Shown one piece after another: positions 1 through 11,412 of a DNA stretch of 64,000 nt. Source of the DNA: Alphaproteobacteria bacterium (GTDB lineage: Bacteria > Pseudomonadota > Alphaproteobacteria > Bin95). Below the pieces are notes generated by a model that saw only the letters and a list, made by a program, of their open reading frames with translations, searched no databases and was not told the origin of the DNA. The position numbers and the translations under genes were made by a program. The first letter of the stretch is position 1, and the number at the start of each line of letters is the position of its first letter. The stretch lies in assembly GCA_965205265.1 (NCBI GenBank), contig CBDBGH010000003.1, positions 192,001 to 256,000 of the forward strand, given 5' to 3'.

Positions 1-1
1 C

Positions 2-562
2 GGCCAGGCGGTCTCGCTCGGCGTGGCGGAAGACAGCACCGCGTCGCTGCGCGCGCGCGCCGCCGGGGCCGAAGGCGCGGACATCTTGGTGACCATGGGC
101 GGCGCATCGGTCGGCGAGCACGACCTTGTGCAGTCGGCGCTGGCGGAGGACGGGCTCGAAGTCGATTTCTGGCGGATCGCCATGCGGCCCGGCAAGCCGC
201 TCATGTTCGGCCGCATGGGCGCTGCGCTGGTGCTGGGCCTGCCGGGCAACCCGGTCTCGGCTTTCGTCTGCGCGCTGCTCTTCCTGCGCCCCCTGATCGA
301 CGCGATGCTGGGCCTGCCGGCGGGGCCGCCCGCGCGGGAGCCGGCCCGGCTCGGCGCCGCCCTCGGTGCAAACGACCGCCGCGAGGACTATCTGCGCGCC
401 CGGCTCGCCGCCGACGGCGAAGACCTCCCGGTCGCGACGCCCTTCGCGCGCCAGGACAGCTCCATGCTGGCGCGTTTCGTCGAGGCCGATGCGCTGGTGG
501 TCCGCGCCCCGCACGCCCCTCCGGCAAGCGCCGGGGACCTCGTGGAGATCATCCGCCTGTAG
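2..562 (+). CDS. moeA: Molybdopterin molybdotransferase MoeA (5' partial)
   Basis: TMGGASVGEHD, IAMRPGKPL, GLPGNPVSA and QDSSML motifs; the frame is open to the window edge. Confidence 0.93.
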   Translation, partial: GQAVSLGVAEDSTASLRARAAGAEGADILVTMGGASVGEHDLVQSALAEDGLEVDFWRIAMRPGKPLMFGRMGAALVLGLPGNPVSAFVCALLFLRPLIDAMLGLPAGPPAREPARLGAALGANDRREDYLRARLAADGEDLPVATPFARQDSSMLARFVEADALVVRAPHAPPASAGDLVEIIRL

Positions 563-578
563 CCCGTCCGCGGCGGCG

Positions 579-1079
579 CTACCGGCCGCTGCGCAGTTCC
601 GGCGGCGGGTATTCCCGGAGCGCGTAGTCGAGGCTGTCGCGGCCGCAATTCATCCGCTTCATGTTGAAGCGCAGATGGCCTGCCCTGCGGCCGCGCCAGA
701 ACCCGCCGAACGCGACCACGATCCAGGGGAAGGACGGCGCCGGCGGCTCGAAATGGATAAGCAGTTCATTGCGGCTCAGCAGCGATTGCTGGCGGATCGT
801 GCGGATGGCGGACCAGTCCCTGTGGGGGATGCCGAAGATCGGGAAGGCGATGCCGCTCTTGTCGAAGGTCACGGCCGGCAGATGCGCGCGCCTTACGATC
901 CACACCGCATAACCCGCAATGCCGCCGAGCAGCGCCGCCAGCAGCGCCGCCATCGCCAGAGGAGGGCCCGGCTTGCCGGCCGCCAGGCCGTTGACCAGCA
1001 GGGCCAGAAGCGCGAGCGTCACGAGCCCGGCGGCCAGCGCCAGCGCGATATAGGTGGGCCGGTAGTAGTAGATCGTCAT
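579..1079 (-). CDS. Hypothetical membrane protein with two N-terminal TM helices
   Basis: 166-aa ORF with two hydrophobic stretches, filling the gap between moeA and lexA. Confidence 0.6.
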   Translation of the reverse strand: MTIYYYRPTYIALALAAGLVTLALLALLVNGLAAGKPGPPLAMAALLAALLGGIAGYAVWIVRRAHLPAVTFDKSGIAFPIFGIPHRDWSAIRTIRQQSLLSRNELLIHFEPPAPSFPWIVVAFGGFWRGRRAGHLRFNMKRMNCGRDSLDYALREYPPPELRSGR

Positions 1080-1285
1080 GGGCTCCGCCTATAGCCGGGC
1101 GCGCGCCGGGGAACAAGCCGGGACCGGGCGCGGTTGCAGGCCTTCGGCCGGCGGCAGGGAACATTCCGGGGCCAGGCGTGAAGCGGGTCGCGAAGGTATC
1201 CGAACCTATGCCTGCAGATTATGGGCTGCTGCGTATCGGAAACATATACCGCTATTGTCATATCATCTTGCTTGACGCAGGTCTC

Positions 1286-1300
1286 GAACCAATATAGAAC
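1286..1300 (+). promoter_or_regulatory. Alphaproteobacterial SOS (LexA) box GAAC-N7-GAAC
   Basis: GAACcaatataGAAC about 55 bp upstream of lexA, just after CTTGAC. Confidence 0.85.
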
Positions 1301-1353
1301 GCGAGTAACGAAACCGGGTTCGTATAAGGAACATCGCTGGAGGGAATGGCGGC

Positions 1354-2031
1354 ATGTTGACGAAGAAACAAAATGAATTGCTGCTGTTCATATCGCAGCA
1401 GATCGCGAAGGACGGCGTATCGCCCTCCTTCGACGAGATGAAGGATGCGCTGGGGCTCAAGTCGAAATCGGGCGTCCACAGGCTGGTGACGGCGCTGGAG
1501 GAGCGGGGGTTCATCCGCCGGTTCGCCAACCGCGCCCGCGCGCTGGAGATCGTGCGCCTGCCTGAGGCGGAGGCCTATGAAGGCCGGAGCCGGGCCGGCC
1601 GGTCCTCGTTTCGCGGTTTCCGCCGGCGCCTCGACCCTGCCGACACGGTGCAGAACGAGCTGCCGCTTTACGGGCGCATTGCCGCAGGCACGCCGATCGA
1701 GGCCCTGCGCGACCCGGACAGCACCGTGGCCGTGCCGCAGGCGATGGTCGGCGCCGGACGCCATTACGCGCTCGAAATCGCCGGGGATTCGATGGTCGAT
1801 GCCGGCATCATGGACGGCGACACGGTTATCATCCAGGAGTGCGAGGAAGTGGAAAGCGGGGCCATCGTGGTCGCGCTGGTCGATTCCGAGGAGGCGACGC
1901 TGAAGATCTGGCGCCCGTCCAACGGCCGCGTGGTGCTCGAAGCTGCGAACGAGGCCTATCCGACGCAGGATTACGAGCCAGAGCGGGTGCAGGTCCAGGG
2001 CCGGCTGGTCGGGCTCATGCGCGACTACTGA
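1354..2031 (+). CDS. lexA: SOS repressor LexA
   Basis: MLTKKQ..SPSFDEMKDAL HTH, IAAG cleavage site, GDSM catalytic Ser, EEATLK catalytic Lys. Confidence 0.97.
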   Translation: MLTKKQNELLLFISQQIAKDGVSPSFDEMKDALGLKSKSGVHRLVTALEERGFIRRFANRARALEIVRLPEAEAYEGRSRAGRSSFRGFRRRLDPADTVQNELPLYGRIAAGTPIEALRDPDSTVAVPQAMVGAGRHYALEIAGDSMVDAGIMDGDTVIIQECEEVESGAIVVALVDSEEATLKIWRPSNGRVVLEAANEAYPTQDYEPERVQVQGRLVGLMRDY

Positions 2032-4112
2032 GGCCCGGCCAGTGCGACCCAGGGCCGCCGGCCGCGGTGGCCCCAGTCGGTCTCGACGACGGGGCCCCCG
2101 GGTGTGAGGCGGATCGCGTGGGCGCCCAGCCTGCGCAGTTGCTGCCGGTCCACGATCAGCGCCTCTTCCGCGCAATAGCGCTTCCGGGCGCGGCGCGAGA
2201 TTGTCACCGCGGACAGGACGATGGCGGCGCGGCGGCAGTCTTCTTCCAGGGCTTCGTGGCGAAGCACGATGGCGACTCCGTCCGCTGAGCAACCGAGCGA
2301 GTCGCAGGAAAGGCCGGAACTCCCGGGCCCGGTGGCGCCGGCTTCCCTTGCGCCCGCAGCTTCCGTCCATACCCGGCCGAGGAAGCCGGCGCGCGGTTTC
2401 GAAAGATACAGCCGGCCGTCGGCATGGCGGGCGAACAGGCGGGCGTCCCGGTCGGCCATCAGGTCGGGCGGATGCGCGCCGGCCTGGATGGCGAGCGCGA
2501 CGGCAAGGCCCGCTATGCCCAGAAACCGCCACCGGGTCTGCCAGAGGCAGAGCCAGAGGCCTCCGGCCGCCGCCGCGACCGCCCCCGCTGCCGGCATGGG
2601 CGGGAAGCGGTGCACCGCTCCGGGCCATGCGGAAACCGTCTCCGCCGTCCAGAGCACAGCATCGATGCCGGCTTCCATGATCGCGAGCGGCCAGATTTCC
2701 AGGCCGAGCGGCATGGCGGCCATCGAAAGGATCGCCGCCGGCATGATCCAGAAGGCCGCAACGGGCACGGCGACCAGGTTCGCAGCAAGCCCGTAGGCGG
2801 CGATGCGGCCGAAATGATGCGCCGCGAACGGGGCGGTTGCGAGCGTGGCCACGACGGTGGTGAGCAGGGTGGCGGCCAGGAAGAGCGGCGCGCGCCCCGA
2901 CCGGGAGCGGAACTCGGACAGCGAGGGCGCCAGCCGTTCATAGACGGCGACCAGCGCCACGACGGCGGCGAAGGAGAGCTGGAAGCTCGCGGTGGTGAGC
3001 GCATAGGGATCCAGAGCCAGCACGGCGAACGCCGCCAGCGCGACGAGGCGCATGCCGATTTCGAGCCGGTCCACCAATACCGCCAGCAGGGCGAGCGCAA
3101 CCATGAGGAAGGCGCGCTGCGTCGGCACCGTCGCGCCCGCCAGTAGCATGTAGAACAGGCCGGCGGCAATAGCGGCCGCGGCCGCCCATTTCTTGACCGG
3201 GTATCGGAGCGCCACGCCCGGCCAGAGCGCGAGCGCCGCCCTGACGGCCGCGAAGACAAGGCCGGCCACGAGGCCCAGATGCAGGCCGGAGATCGCAAGG
3301 AGATGCGCAAGGCCCGCATCCCGGATCGCGTCATGCGCCGCCTTCGGCAGGTCGCCGCGCAGGCCTGTCGTGAGCGCAATGGCGACGCCGGCCGCCGCCG
3401 GGTCCGCAATCGCCCCGCCGATGCGCGCCGCAATCCGGTGGCGCAGGCGCTCGATGCCGGCGTCTTCGGCGGGCTCCAGAAGCCGCGCGCGGCCGAGCGC
3501 AAACCCTGTCGCGCCAATGCCCTCGAAGAAGGCCCGCCTCGCCGGGTCGTAGCCGCCCGGCAGCGCAGGCTGCGGCACAGGCTCCAGCCGGGCAAGCACG
3601 GCGATGCGCGCGCCGGGGCCGGCGCCGGGCGGCAGCGAAGCCAGGCGCAGACGGAGCCGCTCGGGCGTCCGTTCCGGCGGGAGCCGCGAAACGGTTGCAT
3701 CTTCCAGCACGACCCGGAACGGCCCTTCGATCCGGTCCTGGCGGAGGATCCTGCCGCTTACCTCGGTTGGCCCGACGGCGCGCTCCAGCACCGGCGCGCG
3801 GGCGAGTTCGGTGTGGAGTCCGGCCCAGAAGAGGCCGGCGGCAGCGACGGCGGCGGCGATGCCTGCCGGGAAGAAGGCGGACCGGCGCAGGCCGGCGGCG
3901 AGCAAGCCCGCGAGGCCGGCCCCCGTCGCGGTCGCTCCGATGGAGGGCTCGAAATCGAGTGAGAAATAGACGCCGATGCCGAGCGCGAAGAAAACCGGCA
4001 GCCAGAGCGCCCAGCGGTCCCGCTCGCGCATCGGCAGGGCGGCGACGGCCTTGACCTCTTTGCGCAGCCTTTCGATAAACGCGCGCCCCTTTCCGGAAGT
4101 CCTGCTGCCCAT
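2025..4112 (-). CDS. comEC: ComEC/Rec2 competence membrane protein (start uncertain, 4112 or 4031)
   Basis: [18 protein letters not shown] and SFQLSFAAV motifs; multi-TM; lexA-comEC-gltX synteny. Confidence 0.9.
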   Translation of the reverse strand: MGSRTSGKGRAFIERLRKEVKAVAALPMRERDRWALWLPVFFALGIGVYFSLDFEPSIGATATGAGLAGLLAAGLRRSAFFPAGIAAAVAAAGLFWAGLHTELARAPVLERAVGPTEVSGRILRQDRIEGPFRVVLEDATVSRLPPERTPERLRLRLASLPPGAGPGARIAVLARLEPVPQPALPGGYDPARRAFFEGIGATGFALGRARLLEPAEDAGIERLRHRIAARIGGAIADPAAAGVAIALTTGLRGDLPKAAHDAIRDAGLAHLLAISGLHLGLVAGLVFAAVRAALALWPGVALRYPVKKWAAAAAIAAGLFYMLLAGATVPTQRAFLMVALALLAVLVDRLEIGMRLVALAAFAVLALDPYALTTASFQLSFAAVVALVAVYERLAPSLSEFRSRSGRAPLFLAATLLTTVVATLATAPFAAHHFGRIAAYGLAANLVAVPVAAFWIMPAAILSMAAMPLGLEIWPLAIMEAGIDAVLWTAETVSAWPGAVHRFPPMPAAGAVAAAAGGLWLCLWQTRWRFLGIAGLAVALAIQAGAHPPDLMADRDARLFARHADGRLYLSKPRAGFLGRVWTEAAGAREAGATGPGSSGLSCDSLGCSADGVAIVLRHEALEEDCRRAAIVLSAVTISRRARKRYCAEEALIVDRQQLRRLGAHAIRLTPGGPVVETDWGHRGRRPWVALAGPQ

Positions 4113-5499
4113 GACCGTCGTTACCCGATTCGCCCCCTCGCCCACCGGCCTCCTGCATATCGGGGGCGCGCGCACGGCGCTATTCAATTGGCTCTTCGCG
4201 CGCCGTCACGGCGGGCGATTCTTGCTGCGCATCGAGGATACCGACCGCCGGCGCTCGACGGAGGAGGCGGTGGCGGCGATCCTCGACGGGCTCGCCTGGC
4301 TCGGCCTCGACCCCGACGAGCCGCCGGCCTACCAGTTCCGGCGCCGCGAGCGCCATGCGGAGGTCGCATGGGCGATGCTGGAGGCCGGCGCGGCCTATCG
4401 CTGCTTCGCGGGACCCGAGGAGCTGCAGGCGATGCGAGAGGCCGCCGCCGCGCGCGGCGAGCGCTTCCGCTACAACGGGCTCTGGCGCGACCGGGACCCG
4501 GCGGAGGCGCCGGAAGGCGCGCCCTTCGCCATCCGCCTCAAGGCGCAGCAGCAGGGCGAGACCGTTATCCGCGACCTTGTGCAGGGCGAGGTGCGCGTCG
4601 CCAATGCCGAGCTCGACGACATGGTGCTGCTGCGCGCCGACGGCACGCCCACCTACATGCTCTCCGTGGTGGTGGACGACCGCGACATGGGCGTGACCCA
4701 TGTGATCCGCGGCGACGACCATCTGAACAACGCCTTCCGCCAGGCCCAGGTGTTCGAGGCGATGGGCTGGCCGCTGCCGGCTTTCGCCCATATTCCGCTC
4801 ATCCACGGGCCGGACGGCGCCAAGCTGTCGAAGCGGCACGGCGCGCTCGGGGTCGATGCCTACCGGGAGATGGGGCTGTTGCCGGAGGCGGTGCGCAACT
4901 ACCTGCTGCGGCTCGGCTGGAGCCATGGCGATGCCGAGATCGTCTCGACGGAGGAGGCCGTGGCCTGGTTCGGGCTGGAGGCGGTCGGCCGGTCTCCGGC
5001 GCGCTTCGACCGGGAGAAGCTGGAGAGCGTCAACGCCCACTATCTGAGGACTGCCGACAAGGACAGGCTTCTGGACCTGCTGGAGCCGTTCCTCGCGCCG
5101 CCGCCCGACGAGGCGGGCCGGGCGCGGCTGCGGGCGGGCCTGGGCGGGCTGCTCCCGCGGGCGAAGACGCTGGTCGAGCTGGCGGAGGCGGGCGCGTTCT
5201 ATACGGTCGCGCGGCCGCTGGAGCCGGACGCCAAGGCCGCGCGCCTGCTGGCGGACGAAGCGGCCCGCGCGCTGCTCGCCCGCTATGCGGCGGCGCTGGA
5301 GGGCGCGGCGTGGACGGAGGCGGCGCTGGAGGCTGCGACGCGGGCCTTCGCGGAGGCCGAAGGGCTCGGGCTCGGGCGGGTCGCACAGCCGGCGCGCGCC
5401 GCACTCACCGGGCGCACCGCCTCGCCGGGGCTCTTCGAGATGCTGGCGGCGCTCGGCCGGGAGGAGGCGCTCGGACGGCTTCGCGACGCGGCTCTCTGA
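4111..5499 (+). CDS. gltX: Glutamate--tRNA ligase
   Basis: [24 protein letters not shown] and KLSKRHG motifs. Confidence 0.97.
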   Translation: MTVVTRFAPSPTGLLHIGGARTALFNWLFARRHGGRFLLRIEDTDRRRSTEEAVAAILDGLAWLGLDPDEPPAYQFRRRERHAEVAWAMLEAGAAYRCFAGPEELQAMREAAAARGERFRYNGLWRDRDPAEAPEGAPFAIRLKAQQQGETVIRDLVQGEVRVANAELDDMVLLRADGTPTYMLSVVVDDRDMGVTHVIRGDDHLNNAFRQAQVFEAMGWPLPAFAHIPLIHGPDGAKLSKRHGALGVDAYREMGLLPEAVRNYLLRLGWSHGDAEIVSTEEAVAWFGLEAVGRSPARFDREKLESVNAHYLRTADKDRLLDLLEPFLAPPPDEAGRARLRAGLGGLLPRAKTLVELAEAGAFYTVARPLEPDAKAARLLADEAARALLARYAAALEGAAWTEAALEAATRAFAEAEGLGLGRVAQPARAALTGRTASPGLFEMLAALGREEALGRLRDAAL

Positions 5500-5548
5500 T
5501 TGCCAATCCCTCCGCGCCGCCATATTGTGGCGGCCGGACCGAGCGAGG

Positions 5549-6856
5549 ATGACAGGCGAGATGACCAGTCGCAGCGTTTCCATTGTGGATCGGGCGAACA
5601 ACAAGACCGTTGAGCTGCCGATCATGAGCGGGACTTTGGGAACGGACGTTATCGACATCCGCGCCCTTTACAGGGAGCTCGGCTATTTCACCTTCGATCC
5701 GGGCTACACCGCCACGGGAAGCTGCCAGTCCAAGGTCACCTATATCGACGGCGACGAAGGCGTGCTGCTCTACCGCGGCTATCCCATCGAACAGCTCGCC
5801 GAGCACTCCGACTACATGGAGACCTGCTACCTCATCCTGTTCGGCGAGTTGCCGAACGCGGAACAGAAGGCGAAATTCGTTTACGACATCACGCATCACA
5901 CGATGCTGCACGACCAGATCAACAACATCTATCGGGGTTTCCGGCGCGATGCGCACCCGATGGCGGTGATGTGCGGCGTGGTCGGGGCGCTGTCGGCCTT
6001 CTATCACGACAGCATCGACATCGAGGACCCCTGGCACCGCACCGTGGCGTCCTACCGGATGATCGCCAAGATGCCGACCATCGCGGGCTGGGCCTACAAA
6101 TATTCCATGGGCCAGCCCTTCATGTATCCGCGCAACGACCTCGACTACGCCTCCAACTTCCTCCGGCTCTGCTTCGCCGTGCCGACGGAGGACTTCGAGG
6201 TCAACCCGGTGCTCGCCAAGGCGATGGACCTGATCTTCATCCTCCATGCCGACCACGAGCAGAACGCGTCCGCCTCGACGGTGCGGCTGGCGGGCTCCAC
6301 CGGCGCCAACCCCTTCGCCTGCATCGCCGCCGGCTGCGCGGCGCTCTGGGGGCCGAGCCACGGCGGGGCGAACGAGGAAGTGCTCAAGATGCTGGCCGAG
6401 ATCGGCTCGGCCGACAAGGTGGGCGACTGGGTGCTGAAGGCCAAGGACCCGGACGATCCCTTCCGCCTGTTCGGCTTCGGCCACCGGGTTTACAAGAACC
6501 ACGACCCGCGCGCGCGGGTGATCCAGAAGGCCTGCCACGACGTGCTGAACGAGCTCGGCCTGCACGACCCGCTGCTGGAGGTCGCGCTGGCGCTGGAGAA
6601 AGTGGCGCTGGAGGACGATTACTTCGTCGCGCGCCGGCTTTACCCGAATGTGGACTTCTATTCCGGCATCATCCTGAAGGCGATGGGCTTCCCGGTCTCC
6701 ATGTTCACGGCGCTGTTCGCGGTCGGCCGGACGGTCGGCTGGATCGCGCAGTGGAACGAGCTGATCGAGGACCCCTCGCAGAAGATCAACCGCCCCCGCC
6801 AGCTCTACATGGGCCCGCCCCAGCGGGACTACATCCCCCTCGCCGAGAGGGGGTAG
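5549..6856 (+). CDS. gltA: Citrate synthase (type II)
   Basis: [19 protein letters not shown] and [10 protein letters not shown] motifs. Confidence 0.97.
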   Translation: MTGEMTSRSVSIVDRANNKTVELPIMSGTLGTDVIDIRALYRELGYFTFDPGYTATGSCQSKVTYIDGDEGVLLYRGYPIEQLAEHSDYMETCYLILFGELPNAEQKAKFVYDITHHTMLHDQINNIYRGFRRDAHPMAVMCGVVGALSAFYHDSIDIEDPWHRTVASYRMIAKMPTIAGWAYKYSMGQPFMYPRNDLDYASNFLRLCFAVPTEDFEVNPVLAKAMDLIFILHADHEQNASASTVRLAGSTGANPFACIAAGCAALWGPSHGGANEEVLKMLAEIGSADKVGDWVLKAKDPDDPFRLFGFGHRVYKNHDPRARVIQKACHDVLNELGLHDPLLEVALALEKVALEDDYFVARRLYPNVDFYSGIILKAMGFPVSMFTALFAVGRTVGWIAQWNELIEDPSQKINRPRQLYMGPPQRDYIPLAERG

Positions 6857-7811
6857 GGCAGGCGGCGCCTACCCCCAGGCCAGCTCCGCGAAGCCCTAGG
6901 CGGCGGGCGCAGGTGTCCTCGTCGGGGCTTTCGTAGCCGACGATCAGGGTTTCGAGGCCCGCTTCGGCGAAGGCTCCGAGGTCGTCGTGGATGGCGGCGC
7001 GCTCGCCGGTGAAGGGGCGGCGGTTGCCGTCGTCGTCGAAAACGGTCTCGCCCGGCATGATCCACATGGCGTAGTAGCTGCCGGCGGGCGCCGGCCTCCC
7101 GGCGGCTTCGGCCGTCTCGCGCACCTCGGCGAGGCCGGCGGCGTAGCGTTCCGGCGTGTCGAACCGCCAGCGCGGGTGGTTGCCCAAAGGATACCAGGCG
7201 TCGCCCAGCCGCCCGGCGCGCCGCCGCGCCGCCGGGCTCTCGCCGCCGACCCAGATCGGCGGATGCGGCTTCTGCGCGGGCTTGGGCGAGAACAGGAGGC
7301 CGTCGAAGGCCACATGCTCCCCTGCATAGGCAGGCGCGGGCTCGGTCCAGAGGTTGCGGAAAGCTTCCAGCGTCTCGTTCGCTGCCCGGCCCCGGCTCGC
7401 GAAGTCCGGGGCATGGGGCAGCAGGGCGAACTCCTCCCGCAGCCAGCCGACGCCGACGCCGAGCGTCAGCCTGCCGCCGGAGAGCACGTCGGCGGTCGCC
7501 AGCATCTTGGCGGCCAGCAGGGGCGGGCGGTGGCCCAGCACCATGACGGAGGTGAGCAGCCGGATGCGCTCGGTGGCCGCCGCGAGGAAGCCCACCGTCG
7601 TCACCTGCTCCAGGCACTCGCCCGTATCCTCGGCGAACCAGCGCCCATCCTTCGTATAGGGATAGGTCGTGCCGGGGTTGCGGGCGATCGCCACATGGTC
7701 GCTGACGCCGAGATAACCGTAGCCGGCGGCCTCCGCGCGCCGGGCCAGCCGGCCGAGCGGGCCCGGCTGCCCCGCGGGGCCGCGCAGGCCGAGATGGAGT
7801 CCGAACTGCAT
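6786..7811 (-). CDS. LLM-class (F420-dependent-like) flavin oxidoreductase; probable 3' frameshift
   Basis: [31 protein letters not shown] and PPIWVGG motifs; the C-terminus runs into gltA. Confidence 0.85.
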   Translation of the reverse strand: MQFGLHLGLRGPAGQPGPLGRLARRAEAAGYGYLGVSDHVAIARNPGTTYPYTKDGRWFAEDTGECLEQVTTVGFLAAATERIRLLTSVMVLGHRPPLLAAKMLATADVLSGGRLTLGVGVGWLREEFALLPHAPDFASRGRAANETLEAFRNLWTEPAPAYAGEHVAFDGLLFSPKPAQKPHPPIWVGGESPAARRRAGRLGDAWYPLGNHPRWRFDTPERYAAGLAEVRETAEAAGRPAPAGSYYAMWIMPGETVFDDDGNRRPFTGERAAIHDDLGAFAEAGLETLIVGYESPDEDTCARRLGLRGAGLGVGAACPTPSRRGGCSPAGAGPCRAGGGG

Positions 7812-7844
7812 GGGGCCTGTCCTCTCCCGGTCCGTTGCGGGGCC

Positions 7845-9104
7845 TCAGATGCTCTTCACGGTCAGCCAGGCGCGGAAGGCGGTCTCGAAGGCGGCGGCGC
7901 GCAGCGGGCGGAGGCGGTCGCTGCCGGCCTCATGGACCGGGACCGGCGGCGGCTCGCCGCCGAGCGCCGCGTCGGCGAGCCAGCGCCCGAGCACCGTGCC
8001 GGGGCCGATGCCGCGCCCGTTATAGCCCATCACCGCCCAGAGTCCGGGCGCCGGGGTGAGCAGGCGGGGCAGGTGGTCGCTTGTGAGCGCGATGCGCCCG
8101 TGCCAGGCGCATTCCCACTCCAGCTTGCCCAGCGCCGGGAACAGCCGCCGCGCTGTCCTGTCGGCCCAGCGCTCGGACAGACGCCCGGCGAGGCGGCCCA
8201 TGCTGCCGAAGATCAGCCGCCCGGCCCGGTCCCGCCGGACCGAGGTCATCACCGGCGCGGTGTCCCACACGCCCTGCCTGTCCGGCATGATGTCCGCGCC
8301 CGCATCGCCAAGCGGCGCGCTGGCGACCTGGAAGTAGTGGATCGGCGTATAGACCGCGTCCGCGCCGAGGCCGCCGCCATAGGCATTGGTGGCAAGCAGC
8401 ACCCTCTCCGCGCGCACTCGGCCGCGCGGGGTCTCGACAACCCATCCCGTTCCGCTCGGGGAAACGCCCGAAACCGGCGTGCCGGCGAAGAGGCGCGCGC
8501 CCGTATTGCGCCCGTCCGCGCGGACGGCGGCATGGGCGAGCCCGCGCGCATAGCCGAGCGGATTGATGGTGCCGGCCCGCCGGTCGAGCAGCCCGCCATG
8601 GAAGGCGCGCGTCCCGATGGCCTTTGCGGCCCCGTCGCGGTCGAGCAATTCGACGGGCGCGCCGAGCGCCGACCAGGCGCCGTAGCGCTCTTCGAGCTCG
8701 CGCTGTCCGGCAGGGCTGTGGGCGGCGTGGATGGTGCCGTTCCGCACCGCTTCGCATTCGATGCCGTGCCGGTCGATCAGCGCGAACACCCGGTCGGGCG
8801 CCTCGGAAAGCGCGGAGACAAGCCGCTCGCCCTTCTCCCTGCCGAGGGCCGCCTCGATCCTGTCCGGCGGCAGCCAGAGCCCGGCATTGACGAGGCCGAC
8901 ATTGCGCCCGGAGCCGCCAAAGCCGATCTCGTTCGCCTCCAGCACGCAGCAGGAGACGCCCTGCTCGGAGAGGCGCAAGGCGGCGGAAAGGCCGGTAAAT
9001 CCCGCGCCGACAATGGCGGTTTTGGTCTCGGTATCGCCGTCGAGCGGCGCGCAGTCGGGCCCCGGCGGCGCCGTCCGGGCCCAGAGCGAGTCGAGCCTAG
9101 ACAA
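7845..9104 (-). CDS. FAD-dependent oxidoreductase (DAO/PuuB-like)
   Basis: IVGAGFTGLSAA, GGSGRNVG, LATNAY and GYNGRGI motifs. Confidence 0.85.
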   Translation of the reverse strand: MSRLDSLWARTAPPGPDCAPLDGDTETKTAIVGAGFTGLSAALRLSEQGVSCCVLEANEIGFGGSGRNVGLVNAGLWLPPDRIEAALGREKGERLVSALSEAPDRVFALIDRHGIECEAVRNGTIHAAHSPAGQRELEERYGAWSALGAPVELLDRDGAAKAIGTRAFHGGLLDRRAGTINPLGYARGLAHAAVRADGRNTGARLFAGTPVSGVSPSGTGWVVETPRGRVRAERVLLATNAYGGGLGADAVYTPIHYFQVASAPLGDAGADIMPDRQGVWDTAPVMTSVRRDRAGRLIFGSMGRLAGRLSERWADRTARRLFPALGKLEWECAWHGRIALTSDHLPRLLTPAPGLWAVMGYNGRGIGPGTVLGRWLADAALGGEPPPVPVHEAGSDRLRPLRAAAFETAFRAWLTVKSI

Positions 9105-10263
9105 CCGACACGTCCGCCGGGTGGCCCATCAGGAAGGCGCCGACCGTGCGGAAATGGGACTTGCGGCCCTGGAGCTGCTGCGTGACGGAGTGAAGGTCCC
9201 GGAAACGCCGCTCGAAATCCGCCCCGGCGAAGATGGCGCTCGCGCCGGCCGCGTCGTAAAGCATGTCGGCGGCCGTCTTCGCCTCGTGGATGGCGAAGGT
9301 GGAGGCGAGGCGGATGCGGACCCGGTCCGCGATCTCCAGCCGTTCGGCGTTCTGCGCGCCGTCCCAGATGTCCTCGACCTCGGAAAGCACGAAGGCGCGT
9401 GCGGAGCGGATGCGGGCCACGGCCTGCGCGGTGTCGTAATGGACCAGTTCATTGTCCGCCAGGCGGGACTTGTGGAGGCGCGGCGTCTTGTCCTGCGCCA
9501 GCGCCAGAAAGGCGTCCAGCACGCCCTCTGCGATGCCGAGCGCCGTGCCGGCAAAGCCCATGGCATACATGTTCATGCTGAGGAAGAGGTAGAGCGGCGC
9601 CTCGTATTGCCGCCAGTCCTCATGGTCGCGGACGGTCGTGTAGGCCTCCGGCACGAAGCGGTCCTTCAGCGTGTAGCCGTCGCTGGCCGTGCCGCGCAGG
9701 CCGATCGTATCCCAGATGTCTTCGATCTCGATGCTGGAGGCCGGCATCAGCAAGGTGCGGATGAGCGTCGCGCCATCGGCCATGCGCTGGCGCCCGCCGC
9801 CTGCATCCACCACCGGCATATGCGCGCCGAGCCAGGTGGCGTGGCGGGCGCCGCTGGCGAACGCGATCTTCGCATCGGCGCGGTACCCGCCCTCGACGAC
9901 CCGGGCTTCGGCCGGCCCCGGCCCCCAGGCGAGCACGGCGGCCGGGTCTCCGCCCCACATTTCCTCGGCAATCTCCGGCGCCAGATAGGCGGCGGCCATG
10001 GCGCAGCCGTTCGCCTGGCAGAGGCACCAGGCGGTGCTGCCGTCGTGGCGCGCGACCTCGGAGATGGTCCTGAAGAACAGCGGCGGCGGCGTCTCCAGCC
10101 CCCCATAGGGCCTCGGCAGCAGCATCCGGAACAGCTTGTGCTCGTGCAGCGCGTCCAGCAAGCCGGGCGTCAGCCGCCGCGTCCGGTCGATCTCCGGCGC
10201 GGCGGCCTCGATCTCGGGGCCGAGGCCGCGCGCCGCGTCGAGCACGCCGTCCGGCTGGCGCAT
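9097..10263 (-). CDS. Acyl-CoA dehydrogenase-fold flavin-dependent monooxygenase (HsaA-like)
   Basis: PRPYGG, DGSTAW, FASG, WDTIGLRGTAS and ERRFRDLH motifs. Confidence 0.85.
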   Translation of the reverse strand: MRQPDGVLDAARGLGPEIEAAAPEIDRTRRLTPGLLDALHEHKLFRMLLPRPYGGLETPPPLFFRTISEVARHDGSTAWCLCQANGCAMAAAYLAPEIAEEMWGGDPAAVLAWGPGPAEARVVEGGYRADAKIAFASGARHATWLGAHMPVVDAGGGRQRMADGATLIRTLLMPASSIEIEDIWDTIGLRGTASDGYTLKDRFVPEAYTTVRDHEDWRQYEAPLYLFLSMNMYAMGFAGTALGIAEGVLDAFLALAQDKTPRLHKSRLADNELVHYDTAQAVARIRSARAFVLSEVEDIWDGAQNAERLEIADRVRIRLASTFAIHEAKTAADMLYDAAGASAIFAGADFERRFRDLHSVTQQLQGRKSHFRTVGAFLMGHPADVSVV

Positions 10264-11342
10264 CAGAACATGATGACGCTGCGCGCCACGCTGCCGGATT
10301 TCATGTCGTCGAAGGCCTGGTTGATGTCCTTGAGCCCGATGCGCTGCGAGATCATCTCGTCGAGGCGCAGCTTGCCGTTCAGGTAGAAGTCCACCAGGCG
10401 CGGCATGTCCACCCGGAAGCGGTTCGAGCCCATGGTCGAGCCCTGGATACGCTTCTCGCGCAGGAACTCCGGCCCGTGCAGCTCGATCTTGGTCCCGACC
10501 GGCACCATGCCGACGATCGTCGCGGTGCCGCCCGGACGGATCATGCGGAAGGCGTTCTCGGAGGTGGTCTTGAGGCCGATGCACTCGATGGCGTGGTGGA
10601 CGCCGCCGCCGGTGAGCTCGCGCACCTCGCCGACCATGTCCTGCTCGGTCGCGTCGATCACATGCGTCGCGCCGAACTCCATGGCGAGGTTGAGCTTGGA
10701 GCCGACCGTGTCGATGGCGATGATCCGCCCGGCGCCCGCAATGGCCGCGCCGTTGACGGCCGAGAGCCCCACGCCGCCGCAGCCGATGATTGCCACATCC
10801 ATGCCGGGCTCCACCTTCGCGGTGTGGAAGACCGCGCCCACGCCCGTCATCACGCCGCAGCCGATTAGCGCGGCGCGGTCGAGCGGCATGTCCTCGCGCA
10901 CCTTCACCAGCGCATGCTCATGCACCAGCATCATCTCGGCGTAGGAGGAGAGGTTGGCGAACTGTGTCATCGGCGCGCCGCCCTTGGCGAGCCGCGGCTC
11001 CTCGTCCGCCCGGCGCTGCAGGTCCGGGTTGTCGCAAAGCGACATATGGCCGGTCAGGCAGTATTCGCACTCGCCGCAAAAGGCGGAGAGGCAGGTGATG
11101 ACATGGTCGCCATTCTTCACATAGGTGACCTGGTCGCCGACCTGCTCGACGACGCCCGCGCTCTCGTGGCCCAGTACGATGGGCAGCTTCGCCGGGTAGA
11201 GGCCCTCGACGAAATGCAGGTCCGAATGGCACACGCCCGCGGCCGCGGTGCGCACCAGCACCTCGCGCGGGCCCGGCTTCGATATCTGCACGTCCTCGAT
11301 TTCGAGCGGCTTGCCGACTTCGCGGAATACAGCGGCTTTCAT
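10263..11342 (-). CDS. Zn-dependent alcohol dehydrogenase (MDR family)
   Basis: GVCHSD, LGHE, CGECEYC and GCGGVG motifs. Confidence 0.92.
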   Translation of the reverse strand: MKAAVFREVGKPLEIEDVQISKPGPREVLVRTAAAGVCHSDLHFVEGLYPAKLPIVLGHESAGVVEQVGDQVTYVKNGDHVITCLSAFCGECEYCLTGHMSLCDNPDLQRRADEEPRLAKGGAPMTQFANLSSYAEMMLVHEHALVKVREDMPLDRAALIGCGVMTGVGAVFHTAKVEPGMDVAIIGCGGVGLSAVNGAAIAGAGRIIAIDTVGSKLNLAMEFGATHVIDATEQDMVGEVRELTGGGVHHAIECIGLKTTSENAFRMIRPGGTATIVGMVPVGTKIELHGPEFLREKRIQGSTMGSNRFRVDMPRLVDFYLNGKLRLDEMISQRIGLKDINQAFDDMKSGSVARSVIMF

Positions 11343-11412
11343 GGGAGTCGTCCCCTCCAGATGGTCTTCTGTCCTCAGGGGCGATGATGCCCCAGGCCGG
11401 GCGCCGGCGGAA

